A stretch of DNA of 64,000 nt from Eukaryota sp. TZLM1-RC. Its lineage: Eukaryota > Protista > Metamonada: BaSk clade. This document shows positions 36,407 through 48,189 of this stretch, in pieces. A model generated the notes under the pieces. It did no database searches. It saw nothing but the letters and a program-made list of their open reading frames with translations, and was not told the origin of the DNA. Numbering within the stretch: position 1 is the stretch's first letter; each line of letters opens with the position of its first letter. The stretch spans positions 62,001-126,000 of the forward strand of contig JAUPSS010000004.1 of NCBI GenBank assembly GCA_040285825.1, in the 5' to 3' direction. A program made the position numbers and the translations under genes.

Positions 36407-38554
36407 TTTTTTAATTAAATTTAATTTTATTCAAAACCTATAAATCAACATCTAAAAAATCCATCTCTCCCAAAACAAAAACACTAGATGCAACTCTCTC
36501 ATAGTGAGATCCAAGAGAAAGCAAAGCATCAGAAACCATCTTTAACCTCCCCTTAAAAATAGAAAACACAATACTATTTTGCCAAAAAAATCTGTTGAAA
36601 TTTCTGCTAGTTCTTCTCATTACAATCATTTCAAAATCATCCAAAAAACGCAAAGCAGTTGGTGCAAGTGAACCAAAAAGGGAAAACACAAATGGATACA
36701 AATTGTATTTTGCATGCTGTAGACTGGCCAATTTGGACAAAGGTTCATTGAATTTTTTGAATTTGAAATTTTCAGCATTTGAAAGAGGATTATGAATTTC
36801 AGAATTAACAAGCCTTTAATTTGAGGCATTACAAGGATCAACAGACATTACATCCAATAAAATGAAGCTTCCAGCTAATCCAGGTAATATTACATCGCCT
36901 CTATTATTCTTATGAAAATCATCTTCAGCATCAAACAGATTTGACAACAGAGGTTCCAAAAAGGATTCAATTCTATGAGACTTACACATACAATATAACT
37001 GGTCTCTTACAGCATCATGAAGCTTGCTTCTAAAAGTAATGAAATGTTTACAATTTAACAAGTGAGTAATTGTAATTTCTCGAGAACATTTACAAATTAA
37101 ATTATGAGGTAAATTATGAGGCCAGATAAAGTAACGAAATTTCATATTCAGAGTCCAAGCAGAATCAGTTAAGAGAGTACCATAAACTTGAGGAATTGTT
37201 GTTAGTAAGGCAGAAGAAGTACTAACACACATATCTTGTAAAAGATTTGCAAAAGCGGGATTCTTTTTCTTGGCCAAGCCAAGTCTTACATCAAAATCCA
37301 AGCTTTCAAAAATCTTTGACAGGTTTTGTTGAAGCTTTTTACAGCAAAACTGTAAATTAAAAAGAGATCGGTTTGGAACTTCTTCAATTGCTTGAGGAAA
37401 ACATTTGGTCCAAATTTGTGGTGGCAATTTTTCAAGTTCACAAGATAACTCATACAAATATGGACTGCAACTGGGAACTAACAGATGAGAATCATTAGGA
37501 AATCTACGAGAAAATTCATAAATGAAATTTTTGCCACCACCCAAGAATGCTGATTGACACAAAATAGAAGATTAAGCAAACCAATAACACCCAATTTTGC
37601 TGAAAACAATGAGTGACTTTTCAACATTCCTGGTTCTACATCCAATAAATCAGCAAAAAAATTCTGTTCTCAATGAATTAAATGAACGACAAAAATCTAA
37701 TGCTGTGGAAGGAGCAAAAAATCTCAAAATGTGGGTTATTCTCCCAGTGTAGCAATTTTTAAGCATGAAAAATTTAATATGTTTTTCTATATCTAAAAAA
37801 GAAATTGAATCAAGTTCAATTTTCATTTTTTCCAAAATAACTTCCAATTCATTCTGAATTTGAGGCACGTTTCCTAACCAACAACCAAGGAACTTAAAAG
37901 CATCACTACTATAATTAGTAAAGGGGACAATAGAATCATTTATCACGAGATCTTGAGCAGAAGAGCCAATTAGAAGGCATTTGCTCGTATTAAGATGAAG
38001 CCCAATATTTTCATATGAATCAGCAATTTATTGAGCAACCAAATGTAGTAAATCAATTGAACCAATCAAGGATATATCATCTATATAAGCAACTATTTTT
38101 ATAGAAGGGTATTTTTGCTTAATGATATTTAAAGTTTTGTGGATAGCTAAACAAAACAATAATGGGCCTAAAGGATCACCTTGCTTCACACCAGAAGATG
38201 ATTTAAGACCAAATAAATTAAATATTAAATATAAATCTGATTCTTTCCCATAAAAATGGTAGAAAAAATTCGATAGCTCAGGAAAATCAGATTTAATTAT
38301 TTCAAAAATTGTTTCTCGCTTTACAGAATTAAAAGCATTTATAAAGTCAAGATTAAAAATAAAGTTATTTTCCTCTGCATTAAAAAAAGTATCAGAGGCA
38401 ATAGCAGCAACAGAAGCACCATCAATTGTTTTGATTCCAAATTGATGAGGATTCAAAAATGTAGAAGCTTTGTCTTTGACACGATCGAAGACAATTGATG
38501 CCAGTAAACGAAATAGAGATTCATCAACAGCAATTGGGCGTATTCCATCAGGTT
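36407..38554 (-). mobile_element. 5'-truncated, frameshifted CRE-like non-LTR retrotransposon (RT + REL)
   Basis: RT: IRPIAV, QFGI, DFINAFNS, GVKQGDPLGP, AYIDD. REL: CKC..H...C, HDAVRD, RGDV, LDV. Possible TSD TAAATACT at 36399-36406 and 38555-38562. Confidence 0.9.
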
Positions 38555-38678
38555 TAAATACTAGTGAATAATATTTATATAATAAAATACTATACAATAT
38601 TATTAGAGATGTTTTCTATGGCCTTGTTCATTACCAAATGATTTAATTTGTCGCTGCAAGAGTGTTGTTACGCTTTCC

Positions 38679-38832
38679 TGATGGTCTTGGCTGTTGGTTA
38701 TTGTCTGACATACAATGTAGAGTAACAGAAGTGTAATTTATTACGAAGAGGAATTGTATTCTCTCTTCTTAAGCTAACAGGCAGAATACTAATAACTAAA
38801 CTATTAACTATAAATACTATTCAAGACTAACA
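38679..38832 (-). repeat. 3' LTR
   Basis: Direct repeat of 45922-46077 with 3 substitutions and two 1-nt indels. Confidence 0.95.
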
Positions 38833-39095
38833 CTGCCTTTTCCTCTCTTTCGAGCGACGAGTTCTGGAAGCTCTAGTCACAGGAGGTGAACTAATGGAAT
38901 TATTACGCTTCTTGGGAGGAGCGGATTTAGTACGGTGACGTGCTTTTGAAGTCTTGATAAAGTCTTTATACGCGGCAGTATTTTGGACTGTAGACACATG
39001 CTCAGTGGTGATCTCTTTTCCAGGCCATTGCACTTGGTAAAAGTCACCGTCCTGACTGAGCACTTTTTCAATGATGTGTTCTTCGACATCACCTG
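38827..39095 (-). pseudogene. Chromodomain-like integrase tail, frameshifted from pol
   Basis: GDVEEHIIEKVLSQDGDFYQVQWPGKEITTEHVSTV..AYKDF fits the chromo pattern E.IL...Y.V.W.G...T.E. Confidence 0.7.
38833..38850 (-). other. Polypurine tract
   Basis: Minus strand AAAGAGAGGAAAAGGCAG abuts the TG of the 3' LTR. Confidence 0.85.
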
Positions 39096-42000
39096 AGCGA
39101 CCCAGGAGTGGAACTCATCGTTGGTGGGCAAGCTGGAGTGCCAGGGTGCTAAATGTTTGACGCTAGCTTGGACAATCGTACCTGTGCAGAGATTCTTAAT
39201 ATTCACAGACGAATTGGATACGATTTCAGTAATTAGGAAGGGTCCTGAATATTCTCCATGAAGCTTAGCGGAAGAGCCAGATGCTCTCAATACCAATTGA
39301 CCAACTTCAAAAGGGTTTGGAGTTGACGATCTAGTTAGCTTGGAAGCTTTGGAAGCTTGATGGTGTGCTGCCTTTTCCTGTTTCTCTTTCAATCTTCGAA
39401 ATTTAGATTGAATTTCTTGAATAAAAGATGACTCAGACGTCGAGCTTTCAATGATTTCAAGAATTTTGCCAGGGTCTGATCTGGGAGACACATCTGAGCC
39501 AAAGATCACTTGGTATGGGGTTTGGTTGGTAATTGTGCTCTTGGAAGAGTTGATCAATAATTGCACATAAGGCAAGTATTCAGACCACACATCGTAGGCG
39601 TTGAAGTCTACCAGCAATTTCCTCAGGTTTTGCAGGATGTCTCTGTGTCGGCGCTCTACCAAGCCGTTGGACTGAGAAAACCTAGGAATTGACTTTGACA
39701 CCTCTATGCCCAAAAATTTGCTTAATTCGTCAAAGACAGCCTTGGAAAATTCAGGTCCATTATCGCTGTGTATTTGAAATGGAATACCAAAGGTGGCACA
39801 GACTTTCCAAATTAATGCATCTGCAGTAAGATTAGCATTTATCTCTTTTAAGGGCACGATGATTGTGAACCTAGAGAAGCTGTCAATAAATACGAGGATG
39901 TATTTGTAGCCTTCTTGATCTTCTGGTAGGGAACCAATAACGTCGGCGTTGACGCGAGCAAAAGGTCTGTCAGCCCACAATGAACCGGTTGGGGGAACAT
40001 GCAGTTTGGGAACTGGCTTTGTTTTCTGACAGGAGGGGCATTCTTGGACGTGCATATTCATGTCGGTGAGCATGTTTGGCCACCAATAATCGCTGTTCCT
40101 GAGCTTGTTCAGGCTTTCAGCTTTGCTTGGATGGCCTCCTTGCAGAAGTCCATGCAACAAGTTAAGGGTGTCCTTAATGAGTGATTTGGGAATCACTATC
40201 TTGTTGTCGTGCGTCATAAATAAATCAAGGTTATTGTTATGACCACAGTTGTTGAAAGAGGGGTCTTTGGAAGCTATGGCAAGCTTCTGTTCGGACCTAA
40301 TCCTACAGAGCCATGGCTCGAAAATAGGCAGGTCGTTGGAACATCGTTCTCTGATGACCATGATACGTTCGAAGTTGTTTAAGTCTTCGATGTAGTATCT
40401 TTCATTTTCTGTTCCATCAATTTTATCGATGTAAAATATTGGATGAAAATTTGGAGATATTTGATGGGACAAATGATTGATCTCTTGATGGTCTATAGGC
40501 GGAACTATTCGAGACAACATATCAGCCCAGAAGTTATCTTCCCCTTTGGTATGTACCAAATCAAAGCAGAATTCAGAGAATATGGGTAACCATCTTGTTA
40601 CAATTCTGTTCTTCTCAGGAGCCGTGAACATGTAGGTAAGGTTTTGATGGTCTGTGAATATAACCAGTTTCCTTCCTTTCAAGTAGTTTTCAAAACCACT
40701 TTGAGTTAACATGAGCAGGATGGCATAGAGTTCCATTTGGTTTGTCGGCCAGTTCTTTTGCGAGTTGGTTAACAACCGGCTGAAGAAGCTGATAGGCCTA
40801 CATTTCCTGTTGATCAGGGGGGTAACGGGGTCGTCGACTTGTTCCATTTGTTCCCATATGACGCCGTCTACAGCAATGTCGGATGCATCGCAACTAATTA
40901 AAATTTGGTTTTCCAGCGGAGGTAAGCTGAGCGGCATGTGCTTCGCTATCAGTTGTTTGAACTTTTGAAGGAGTCCGTCGTGCATGTCGGTCCATTGAAG
41001 GCGTTGCGCGCGGGGTTTGGGTTTAACGTTGGAGTTATTTCCATCCTTCTTAGTCAATCTGATGATAGGAGCGATGAGCTCAGATACCTGAAAAAGCCAT
41101 TCTCTAATGAAGTTGACTGATCCTACGAGGCTGCGGACGTCTTTGATTGTCTTTGGTCTAGGTAGATTCAGCAAAGATTCAACGCGAGTGGGATCGATAG
41201 TCCGTTGTTTGTTTTGGAAAACACTGCCCAGTATCTTGATTGGGTGTCTGGAAGACACGAAATGGCACTTTGGAAGTCCCAAGGAAACTCTTTTGCATCT
41301 GGCTTGATCAAGGACGCGACGGAGGCGTTCAATGAATTCGTCAAAGGTTGAACCCATGATTATGATGTCATCTATGTAAATGAAGACACCGTCTCCAGAG
41401 AAGATGTCAGCCATGACGTTTTGGAAAACGGCTGGGACATTCTTTAGGCCAAAAGCTGCACGTTTGAACATGATGCTTTTGCCAGGAATGCTCAGGGCTG
41501 TTTTCTGCCAATCCTTTTCAGCAATCTTGAGTTGCCAAAAGGCTTTGGGAAGGTCAAGGGTGCCTATGTAGTTCGCTTGGGAGAGAAATACCAGCACATC
41601 GGAGATCCTTGGAAGGTTGGGCTCAACAGGAATGGTGTTGGCGTTGACTCCGTCCTTGCCACTATAATCACCAGTAAGGCGGGGCTTACGGTGATCTGGG
41701 TAGACCACTAGACAGACAGGGGAGCTGAACTCATGGTTCGATGGGACAGCGAATCCTGAGTCTACGAGTTCGTCGAAAATTTGGTTAGCGACCTCTAGCC
41801 TGGCTGGATTCAGGGTCCTGGGGGGTCTTCTAACTCTGACGTCTTCATTGTAGAAGTTGATTTCCATGGGAGGGCAATCAATACCTTCAGCATGAGGCTT
41901 GAGGGTAAAAACGTCTTCGAACTCTTTCAAAGTTTGAAGTAGGGACTTCTTGAAATGGTCGTTGTCGAGGTTGATGGTACAACCAGATGAGTTGATGTGT

Positions 42001-42836
42001 TCCAACCAACGTGTGGAAACGTTGACGACTTCTGAAGCTTGCGATATTCGATGGTCGAATTCGGCTTCAGGTAATAGTAGTGTACGACAGGCGTCGTCCA
42101 TTCTAATGTAAATGCCCTTGTTGTTCATCAGCCCAAGGTGACTCAACAAGTCAGCACCAATGAGAATGGTCTCATGTCCAGGAACGATGCTGAACTTTTG
42201 TTTCACGTGTACAATCTGGGTAACACTACCTAGTCTAATGCTAAGGGTTCCAGAAGCAGTTCCAAGGGACTGTGAGGTAGTTCCATCAGCAATCTTGTAT
42301 GATATGGTTTCGTTGGAACGCCCCATGTTACAGTTACTGATGACGTCTTCCGTGACTACTGAGCATGTTGCACCAGAGTCAATTATGCCTTTAACTTCGA
42401 CATTGTTGATCAAGAAGTTTAATTGTAGGCAGTTGTGATTCATGGATTGTACCATAAAAATTGTATCACAATCATGTCCATTTAAGTCGGCTTGTTCTGA
42501 GAAGAAGTTAGCCTGACTGTTGGGTATTTTGGTAGTTTCCAAGTTGGCAAGTGGATTGATTAGAGAATCTTTCCATGCTGAACTTTCTGTGTGTGGTTGT
42601 GTTGTTGTAGGGGGTATGGTTTCTAAAGTACATAAATAGTGACGGGAACGTTTATTGTAAGAAGAGCCTCTGCCTCTGCCGCGAGTACCTCTTCGACTAC
42701 GGAAACCAGAACCTCTAGAACTTCTACCTCGAGCTTGTTGTTGAGCTTGTTGCTCTCTCCATTTCTTGCTCCTTTGGCAGTCTTCACTGGGACACCTTTC
42801 GGTCGGATGGCCCTTTTGCTTACAGAAGTTGGACAT
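38877..42836 (-). CDS. pol: Nucleocapsid-protease-RT-RNase H-integrase polyprotein
   Basis: C.K.GH...C knuckle, IIDSGAT, LDLPKAF, FGLKN, YIDD, CDASD, H..GH..CPSCQ, ADVIG, SDNG, NGLVER. Confidence 0.95.
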   Translation of the reverse strand: MSNFCKQKGHPTERCPSEDCQRSKKWREQQAQQQARGRSSRGSGFRSRRGTRGRGRGSSYNKRSRHYLCTLETIPPTTTQPHTESSAWKDSLINPLANLETTKIPNSQANFFSEQADLNGHDCDTIFMVQSMNHNCLQLNFLINNVEVKGIIDSGATCSVVTEDVISNCNMGRSNETISYKIADGTTSQSLGTASGTLSIRLGSVTQIVHVKQKFSIVPGHETILIGADLLSHLGLMNNKGIYIRMDDACRTLLLPEAEFDHRISQASEVVNVSTRWLEHINSSGCTINLDNDHFKKSLLQTLKEFEDVFTLKPHAEGIDCPPMEINFYNEDVRVRRPPRTLNPARLEVANQIFDELVDSGFAVPSNHEFSSPVCLVVYPDHRKPRLTGDYSGKDGVNANTIPVEPNLPRISDVLVFLSQANYIGTLDLPKAFWQLKIAEKDWQKTALSIPGKSIMFKRAAFGLKNVPAVFQNVMADIFSGDGVFIYIDDIIIMGSTFDEFIERLRRVLDQARCKRVSLGLPKCHFVSSRHPIKILGSVFQNKQRTIDPTRVESLLNLPRPKTIKDVRSLVGSVNFIREWLFQVSELIAPIIRLTKKDGNNSNVKPKPRAQRLQWTDMHDGLLQKFKQLIAKHMPLSLPPLENQILISCDASDIAVDGVIWEQMEQVDDPVTPLINRKCRPISFFSRLLTNSQKNWPTNQMELYAILLMLTQSGFENYLKGRKLVIFTDHQNLTYMFTAPEKNRIVTRWLPIFSEFCFDLVHTKGEDNFWADMLSRIVPPIDHQEINHLSHQISPNFHPIFYIDKIDGTENERYYIEDLNNFERIMVIRERCSNDLPIFEPWLCRIRSEQKLAIASKDPSFNNCGHNNNLDLFMTHDNKIVIPKSLIKDTLNLLHGLLQGGHPSKAESLNKLRNSDYWWPNMLTDMNMHVQECPSCQKTKPVPKLHVPPTGSLWADRPFARVNADVIGSLPEDQEGYKYILVFIDSFSRFTIIVPLKEINANLTADALIWKVCATFGIPFQIHSDNGPEFSKAVFDELSKFLGIEVSKSIPRFSQSNGLVERRHRDILQNLRKLLVDFNAYDVWSEYLPYVQLLINSSKSTITNQTPYQVIFGSDVSPRSDPGKILEIIESSTSESSFIQEIQSKFRRLKEKQEKAAHHQASKASKLTRSSTPNPFEVGQLVLRASGSSAKLHGEYSGPFLITEIVSNSSVNIKNLCTGTIVQASVKHLAPWHSSLPTNDEFHSWVAQVMSKNTSLKKCSVRTVTFTKCNGLEKRSPLSMCLQSKILPRIKTLSRLQKHVTVLNPLLPRSVIIPLVHLL

Positions 42837-45800
42837 CAGCGGCCTGGGCAGACGATTGTGGTAGGCTTCCTCCTCTCTTACTTTGTTTGGGGCGTTTACC
42901 TGGACCAGAACCTCGTGATCTGGGGATGTCAGGTGGGGAGGGAACGACCATGGGAGGTCGGCGAGAGGCCTGCTGGTGATTTACTTGGTTCTGATAGGTG
43001 AAATCGACATGGTTTAGCTGTTCCATGAACGATCTGGCGTTACAAAAATTCTAGTATTCAATTTGGAGAACACTAAAGAATTCACCAAGGGTGTGACCAT
43101 CAGATGAGTAATGAGAGGGAGAGGACCAGATCCTGAGGAGTCTGTTCCTGATAGGGATAATTCCTACGCTTTCTAGGACATGAGTAGCGACTACCCAGTC
43201 TGAAAGTCTATCCGCTGGAGGGGTGGAGCTTATGGAGAATGTTCTCAATTGATGAGAGATGCCCCTAAACTCTTGGATGGCAGTGAAGCGAGTCAGAACT
43301 CTGCCAATGTTGACCATGAAGTCAATCCATCTATTGCCATAATCTCTTTCCGACCAGTCCATGTTAGTTGCGAGGAGAGCTCGATTAGCCTCATCCAGTC
43401 TGCTGAATTGGGTTCTTCTCAGAATTTGAGCCCAAATTATGCGTTCGTCTCTTGAGGTAGGAACCGTGGGAGAAGACATAGCTAGGTGAGCACCTTGATA
43501 TCTTAACGCATTTAGCACCTCAGGGGTGACACATTCAGCGAGGCCTCGGGGGTTGATCCTCATGGCTTGACGGAACAAGTCCCATTCGTGAACTGGTTCT
43601 CCAGTGATGTTACCAAAATACTCATTTGTCGATGGTTGGGAACCTTCTCTAGCTAGTTCTAATTCTTCACGTAGTCTGGCAACTTCGTTGGCTAGAGCTA
43701 TCTGGGCTGGATCCTCAACGTTGCCTCTTGTTTCTCTTAGGACTCGGTCGGTACGACTCCAGAGAATGAATTTGTTGACAAACTTCAGAAGTTTATCAGC
43801 GTCTCTCAAATCGGAAGCTTCAAGATATGGACGTTTAAGGCGGTCCCTACGTCTGTCATCTCGATCTCTTGATCCAATCATTGAAGAAAGGAGAAGGCTA
43901 CTTTCGTATGTGCCCGAGAAGGGTGATTGATGAGAGGAAATAGAGGTTGTTGAACCTGTCGTGGAAGGTGTAGGTTGGGGTTGAGGGGCTCGACTAACGG
44001 GAGTGATGGGAGCAGGTACTGCATCAGAAGATGTGATGGGAGTGGGTGATTCACTGCTCACAGTGATGGCGTCGTCGTCGGCTTGTTCCATAGCAGATTG
44101 GTTGGGATTAGGGGTTTCCGTGGTAGAAAATGAATCAGTTTCCATAGGAGGTTGTGATGATTCAGGAGCTTGAGCGGAGGAAGATGGAGCTTCACTCCGT
44201 TGAGGTTGGGGTTGGGCAGAAGGTTCTGTCTCTTCAATCTGGGCTGGGACCTGATAAGAAGAGATCGCTGGTTGGACCAAGCGTGTCTTTTCAATTCGAC
44301 CTTCAACCATGACCCATTTTAACATCCTGGATTCTATGCATCCAGGGAAAACCGTGACGAGCTGGAGAGTTCTTTGAAGATTGCCCGATCTTCTGTGGTC
44401 AGGACCACAATATGAAGCTATATGGTCAGGACGTCTGTCGTAAAGGAAGAGTCTTCCACCATATGTGGTTTCGGTAAACCACCACCCTGTTCTATAATCT
44501 CTTTCGATAAGGATATCGAGAGATGCGTTGTACCCAGGGCTGAACCTAGGGTATGGGCAAGGGTTGTGAACATTTATGAAAAGGTTGTCTTCATCTCCAG
44601 CAAAGCGTCTGAATACTCCTTCTCGAGTAGTTCTCATGAACCTAACTCCGGGTCTTGGGTCGTAAGTTGGTTCTGGGTCATTCCTGGAGGTTTCTGGGGT
44701 GATCCTTTCGTCGGTAAGAAATGGACCTATTCTGGGAGAGATCCATAATCCTAAGTCGTTCTCGACTTTGGGACCGTAGAAAGGAGGACGTTTGTTGCTC
44801 ATCTCCGTGGGAGGAATGGCTTCTGGATCCTCTGGAATGACTTGTGTATCCCTATATCTAGCATAAGAATTGTGCTGACGGGAAGCACAATGATGAACAC
44901 TCGAGCTAGCGTAGGAGCTAGTTTGAGAAGGGGTAGGTTGAACATGTGTAGAGGATGTTCCTCTTCTAGCTTCACTCTCTCTATCCAGTCTTTTTCTGTG
45001 TTCCCAGTTTCGTTCTTCTTGGAGAAAACGCTCTACATATTCTTTAGAGACCTCACCAGGAATTTTGTCAGTTTCAGATGGAGGTGCCGTGGGAGGGACC
45101 TGATGTTGAGGTAGAGGGGAGAATTCCTTGGGAAGTTCCTCGTACTCTACCAAGTCTGAAAAGATTTGTTCGTACCTTTTCCTTTGCTCTTCAGAAAGAT
45201 ACGAAGGAAGGTCCGAAGTGCTAGGAATGGAATCACTAGCCTGGTGAGGGGAAACAGACAGATTATTAACTCCACTAACTGTTGAAGTTAAAGGAGATCC
45301 TGAAGTTGGAAGAGCAGGATTTTGAATATTCCTCCTAACAGTTGGAACTGGAGGGAGGAGCTGTTGAGGATGAGAGGGTGGAACCTCAGAACTGGATGGA
45401 AGGGATGAAAATGGTACTTAAATGGCCTTCTTAGAGGAGGAAGAAGGTTGGTCTTCCAATCCTTCCTTTGCGGTGAGAAAAGGTTGAACATTCTCTCTGC
45501 TCTGAGTAGAAGGTGAAGGTGGTACTTCAGAGCTTCTTTCAGGGAGGGGAGAAGATGGGACTTCAGATGCCCTCAATTGCGAAGGAGGAAGAGGAGCAAC
45601 GAAATCCCCTACATCCTCGTCGTCGTAGAAGACCAACGAAGGACTTCTTCCTTCCGAAGGAACAGAATCCTTGGGAGGGTTGTCTCCTTCCACAGGAACG
45701 GATTCCCGAGGAGGGGAACTTCCTTCCATGGGAACGGAATCCTCTGGAAGGGAACTGTCTTCCTTTGGGATGGAACCCTCAGGGAGAGTTGCTTCAGGAA

Positions 45801-45954
45801 GCGCAGAAGCTTCAACCGAAGAAGGAGGCACGGAAGCTGGGTCTGTGGTTAGTGGTGAGGAAGAGGGACCAGTCTCTTCCTCGTGGATCCTACGTCGAGC
45901 CTCAGGGGACCCAATACGTATTGATGGTCTTGGCTGTTGGTTATTGTCTGACAT
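42820..45954 (-). pseudogene. gag: Long gag-position reading frame (~1040 codons) with two in-frame stops
   Basis: ORFs 45418-45954, 43051-45153 and 42820-43026 share one frame, broken by TAA (45418-45420) and TAG (43051-43053). The gag call rests on position. Confidence 0.75.
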
Positions 45955-46077
45955 ACAATGTAGAGTAACAGAAGTGTAATTTATTACGAAGAGGAATTGT
46001 ATTCTCTCTTCTTAAGCTAATAGGCGGAAATACTAATAAACTAAACCATTAACTATAAATACTATTCAAGACTAACA
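45922..46077 (-). repeat. 5' LTR (contains the gag ATG at 45954)
   Basis: Direct repeat of 38679-38832. Confidence 0.95.
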
Positions 46078-46899
46078 TTCCCATATTTTAAACTGTAAGT
46101 ATTTTATAACTTATCGCTCAATTGTTCATGACTCAGTTCGTGATCAATTATATGCCATGTGCAAAAGTTTCAATATAGAGGCATTTATTGAGCCACTAGT
46201 ACGTAAGCTGTCTTTAGATCAAACTGCTGATTCCTTTGGTAAATGAAGGGCAGATTTAGTAGCTCCAGGGATCGATGGTGTTCTCAATGTTGTAGACGTT
46301 GTCTCAGTGGATGTTTGCAAAAATTCTGCTGCTCGTTTAGTGTATTCCGCTGACTCGCTGTTATCTAACGCTGAAAAAAAGAAGATAAAAAATATGAAGA
46401 ACCTTTGGCACAGTTAGGTAGAGTGGAACATGTGAAATATCAGTTTGTGCCGTTTGCAATTTCTCTTTTTGGCAATATTGGACCTTCAGGGTTGCACTTT
46501 TTTGAATATTTCAAAAAAGTGTTACTGAATAGGTCTAATAAAACAATGAACTCCACTTTCTGGTTAAATAGAATTGTTTTTTGCATTTTCAAGTCTATTC
46601 CAACAATGATTTCAAAGGCACTTTTAGCTATTGGTGTAGAATATGAACGTAATGCTGTGAGTAGGTTCAGTAATAGTGACGCTTGTTTGGAGGATATTGA
46701 ATTCTAGATGGGTTTTTTATCTCAATAAATATTCCAGTTTTTAAAAAAAATATTATAACTAATAGTTCCAAAATAAAATATTATCGATTCATCTGTTATT
46801 ATAGCGTTCGTGTCAGTGTTGGTAAAAAGAATAGTGTTGGTGAAGGAAGTGGTGTGGTAAAAGAGGATTTTATGATCATGTGCACAAGACGAAAACCAC

Positions 46900-47410
46900 A
46901 CATCCCAAGTGTCTATGATTTATTGTTAAATGATCATCAATAACAACTGCCCTAAGGATGAGGTGTTTTCAGTGGCCATGTAGTGTGCCAAATGATTTGA
47001 TTTGTCGTTGTGGTCAGCTCATCATTCAATTGTAAATTTAATATGACATATCGCCCAGTTGTTCACGATGCTGTTAGAGACCAACTAGACGCTATGTGCA
47101 AAAATCTTCACATTGAAGCTTTTGTTGAACCTCTTGTGCGTAAGTTGTCACCAAAAAATGAAGATGAAAATACTTTTGGGAAACGTCGGGCTGATTGAAT
47201 TACACCAGGCTCTGATGTTGCGATAAAAGTTGTTGATGTTGTCACTGTTGATGTTTGTAAAAAATCAGCAATTGATTCTGCCAATAAAGATGAAACTCCG
47301 CTCTTCTTTGCTGAAAAGAGCAAAATCAAAAAGTACAATCTCAGCTAGGACATGTTGAGCATGTCAAGTACCAGCTGGTTCCATTTGCTGTTTCTCTGTT
47401 TATCAACATT
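46900..47410 (+). mobile_element. Decayed REL non-LTR fragment
   Basis: VHDAVRDQL..MCK..IEAFVEP..RRAD..VDVVTVD; close relative of 56480-57625. Confidence 0.8.
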
Positions 47411-47698
47411 AGTATATCTACAGGGCTGTGTAAAATTGAATTGGCAATTGATTGATCAACAAAAACTTTTGATATAGATCACTGCAAAATAAAATAAACT
47501 TTTGTATTTTTTTATGAATATAACCAAATTATTAATAATTGGATTAATCGTAGAGTTGAAGTAATGACTAAACCAAAGATTCCAAATCTCGCGTTCCCTC
47601 AACATACAAACAACCACAATACTCTAAAAATGAGTCCTTTTCAATGACGTGGCACCATCAACATCACACACCCTCTTAGTATGTAGTTTAGATTAATA

Positions 47699-47950
47699 CA
47701 GTGTTGGGCAGTGCGGCTTACCATCGCATCCGATTTGGTGCGATTTGGTGCGCTGAGCCTTATTTAAAAGTTTTGCCAAAATATGCCGATTTAACATGGA
47801 TAATGATTGTTCATTTACCCACAAAGATGACTACTTTGAAGTTATCAGGAAGCCTTTTACTAATGGTAAAGCCGACCACATCCATGGTCAATATAGGTGT
47901 CTTTCCTGCTCTCAAACCTTTACTGGTAGCAAAAACAGGCCGGTTTAAGT
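47699..47950 (+). mobile_element. Possible left end of a hAT-like DNA transposon (BED-like finger remnant)
   Basis: CAGTGTTGGG start, CGATTTGGTG x2, and a short ORF from 47796 reading DYFE...YRCLSCSQTFTGSKNR. No right TIR found. Confidence 0.25.
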
Positions 47951-48189
47951 TTTGAAATGTAAATTCTCCAATGTAAAAGTGCAGTAATCTTCCCAAAATT
48001 CTTGTAGAACATTTAACGGAACAAAAGAAACAAGCCGAAGCTAGAACAACCACAATGAAACAACTTGCTGAATTCGATGAATTGATGGTGAACTCCACTG
48101 TTACTCCACTTACATCACCATTTTCGCTCCCCTTTTTTCTCCTCAAAAAATTGCACAAGATGATGATGTGCAGATCGTAACAACATCGG

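Larger units (their letters stand above)
38679..46077 (-). mobile_element. Complete Ty3/Gypsy LTR retrotransposon with a C-terminal chromodomain
   Basis: TG...CA LTRs of 154 and 156 bp, 4-bp TSD TTCC (38675-38678 and 46078-46081), PPT, and PR-RT-RH-IN domain order. Confidence 0.96.
38605..46745 (+). mobile_element. REL non-LTR 3' fragment split by the LTR element (38605-38678 + 46078-46745)
   Basis: Removing the LTR element and one TSD rejoins LICRCKSVVTLS|HILNCKYFITYRSIVHDSVRDQL. Confidence 0.85.

Noticed and set aside
42820-42845. Programmed gag-pol frameshift
   Set aside because: The break falls inside the CCHC knuckle and is repaired by restoring 2 nt, so it looks like a lesion or sequencing error.
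43051-45420. TAA/TAG reassigned to Gln (in-frame stops in gag)
   Set aside because: The 1319 aa pol ORF has many Gln and no internal TAR, and both host genes end at TAG. Point mutations are the simpler explanation.
39999-45979. Plus-strand ORFs inside the LTR element
   Set aside because: Antisense to gag/pol in GC-richer sequence, with no motifs.
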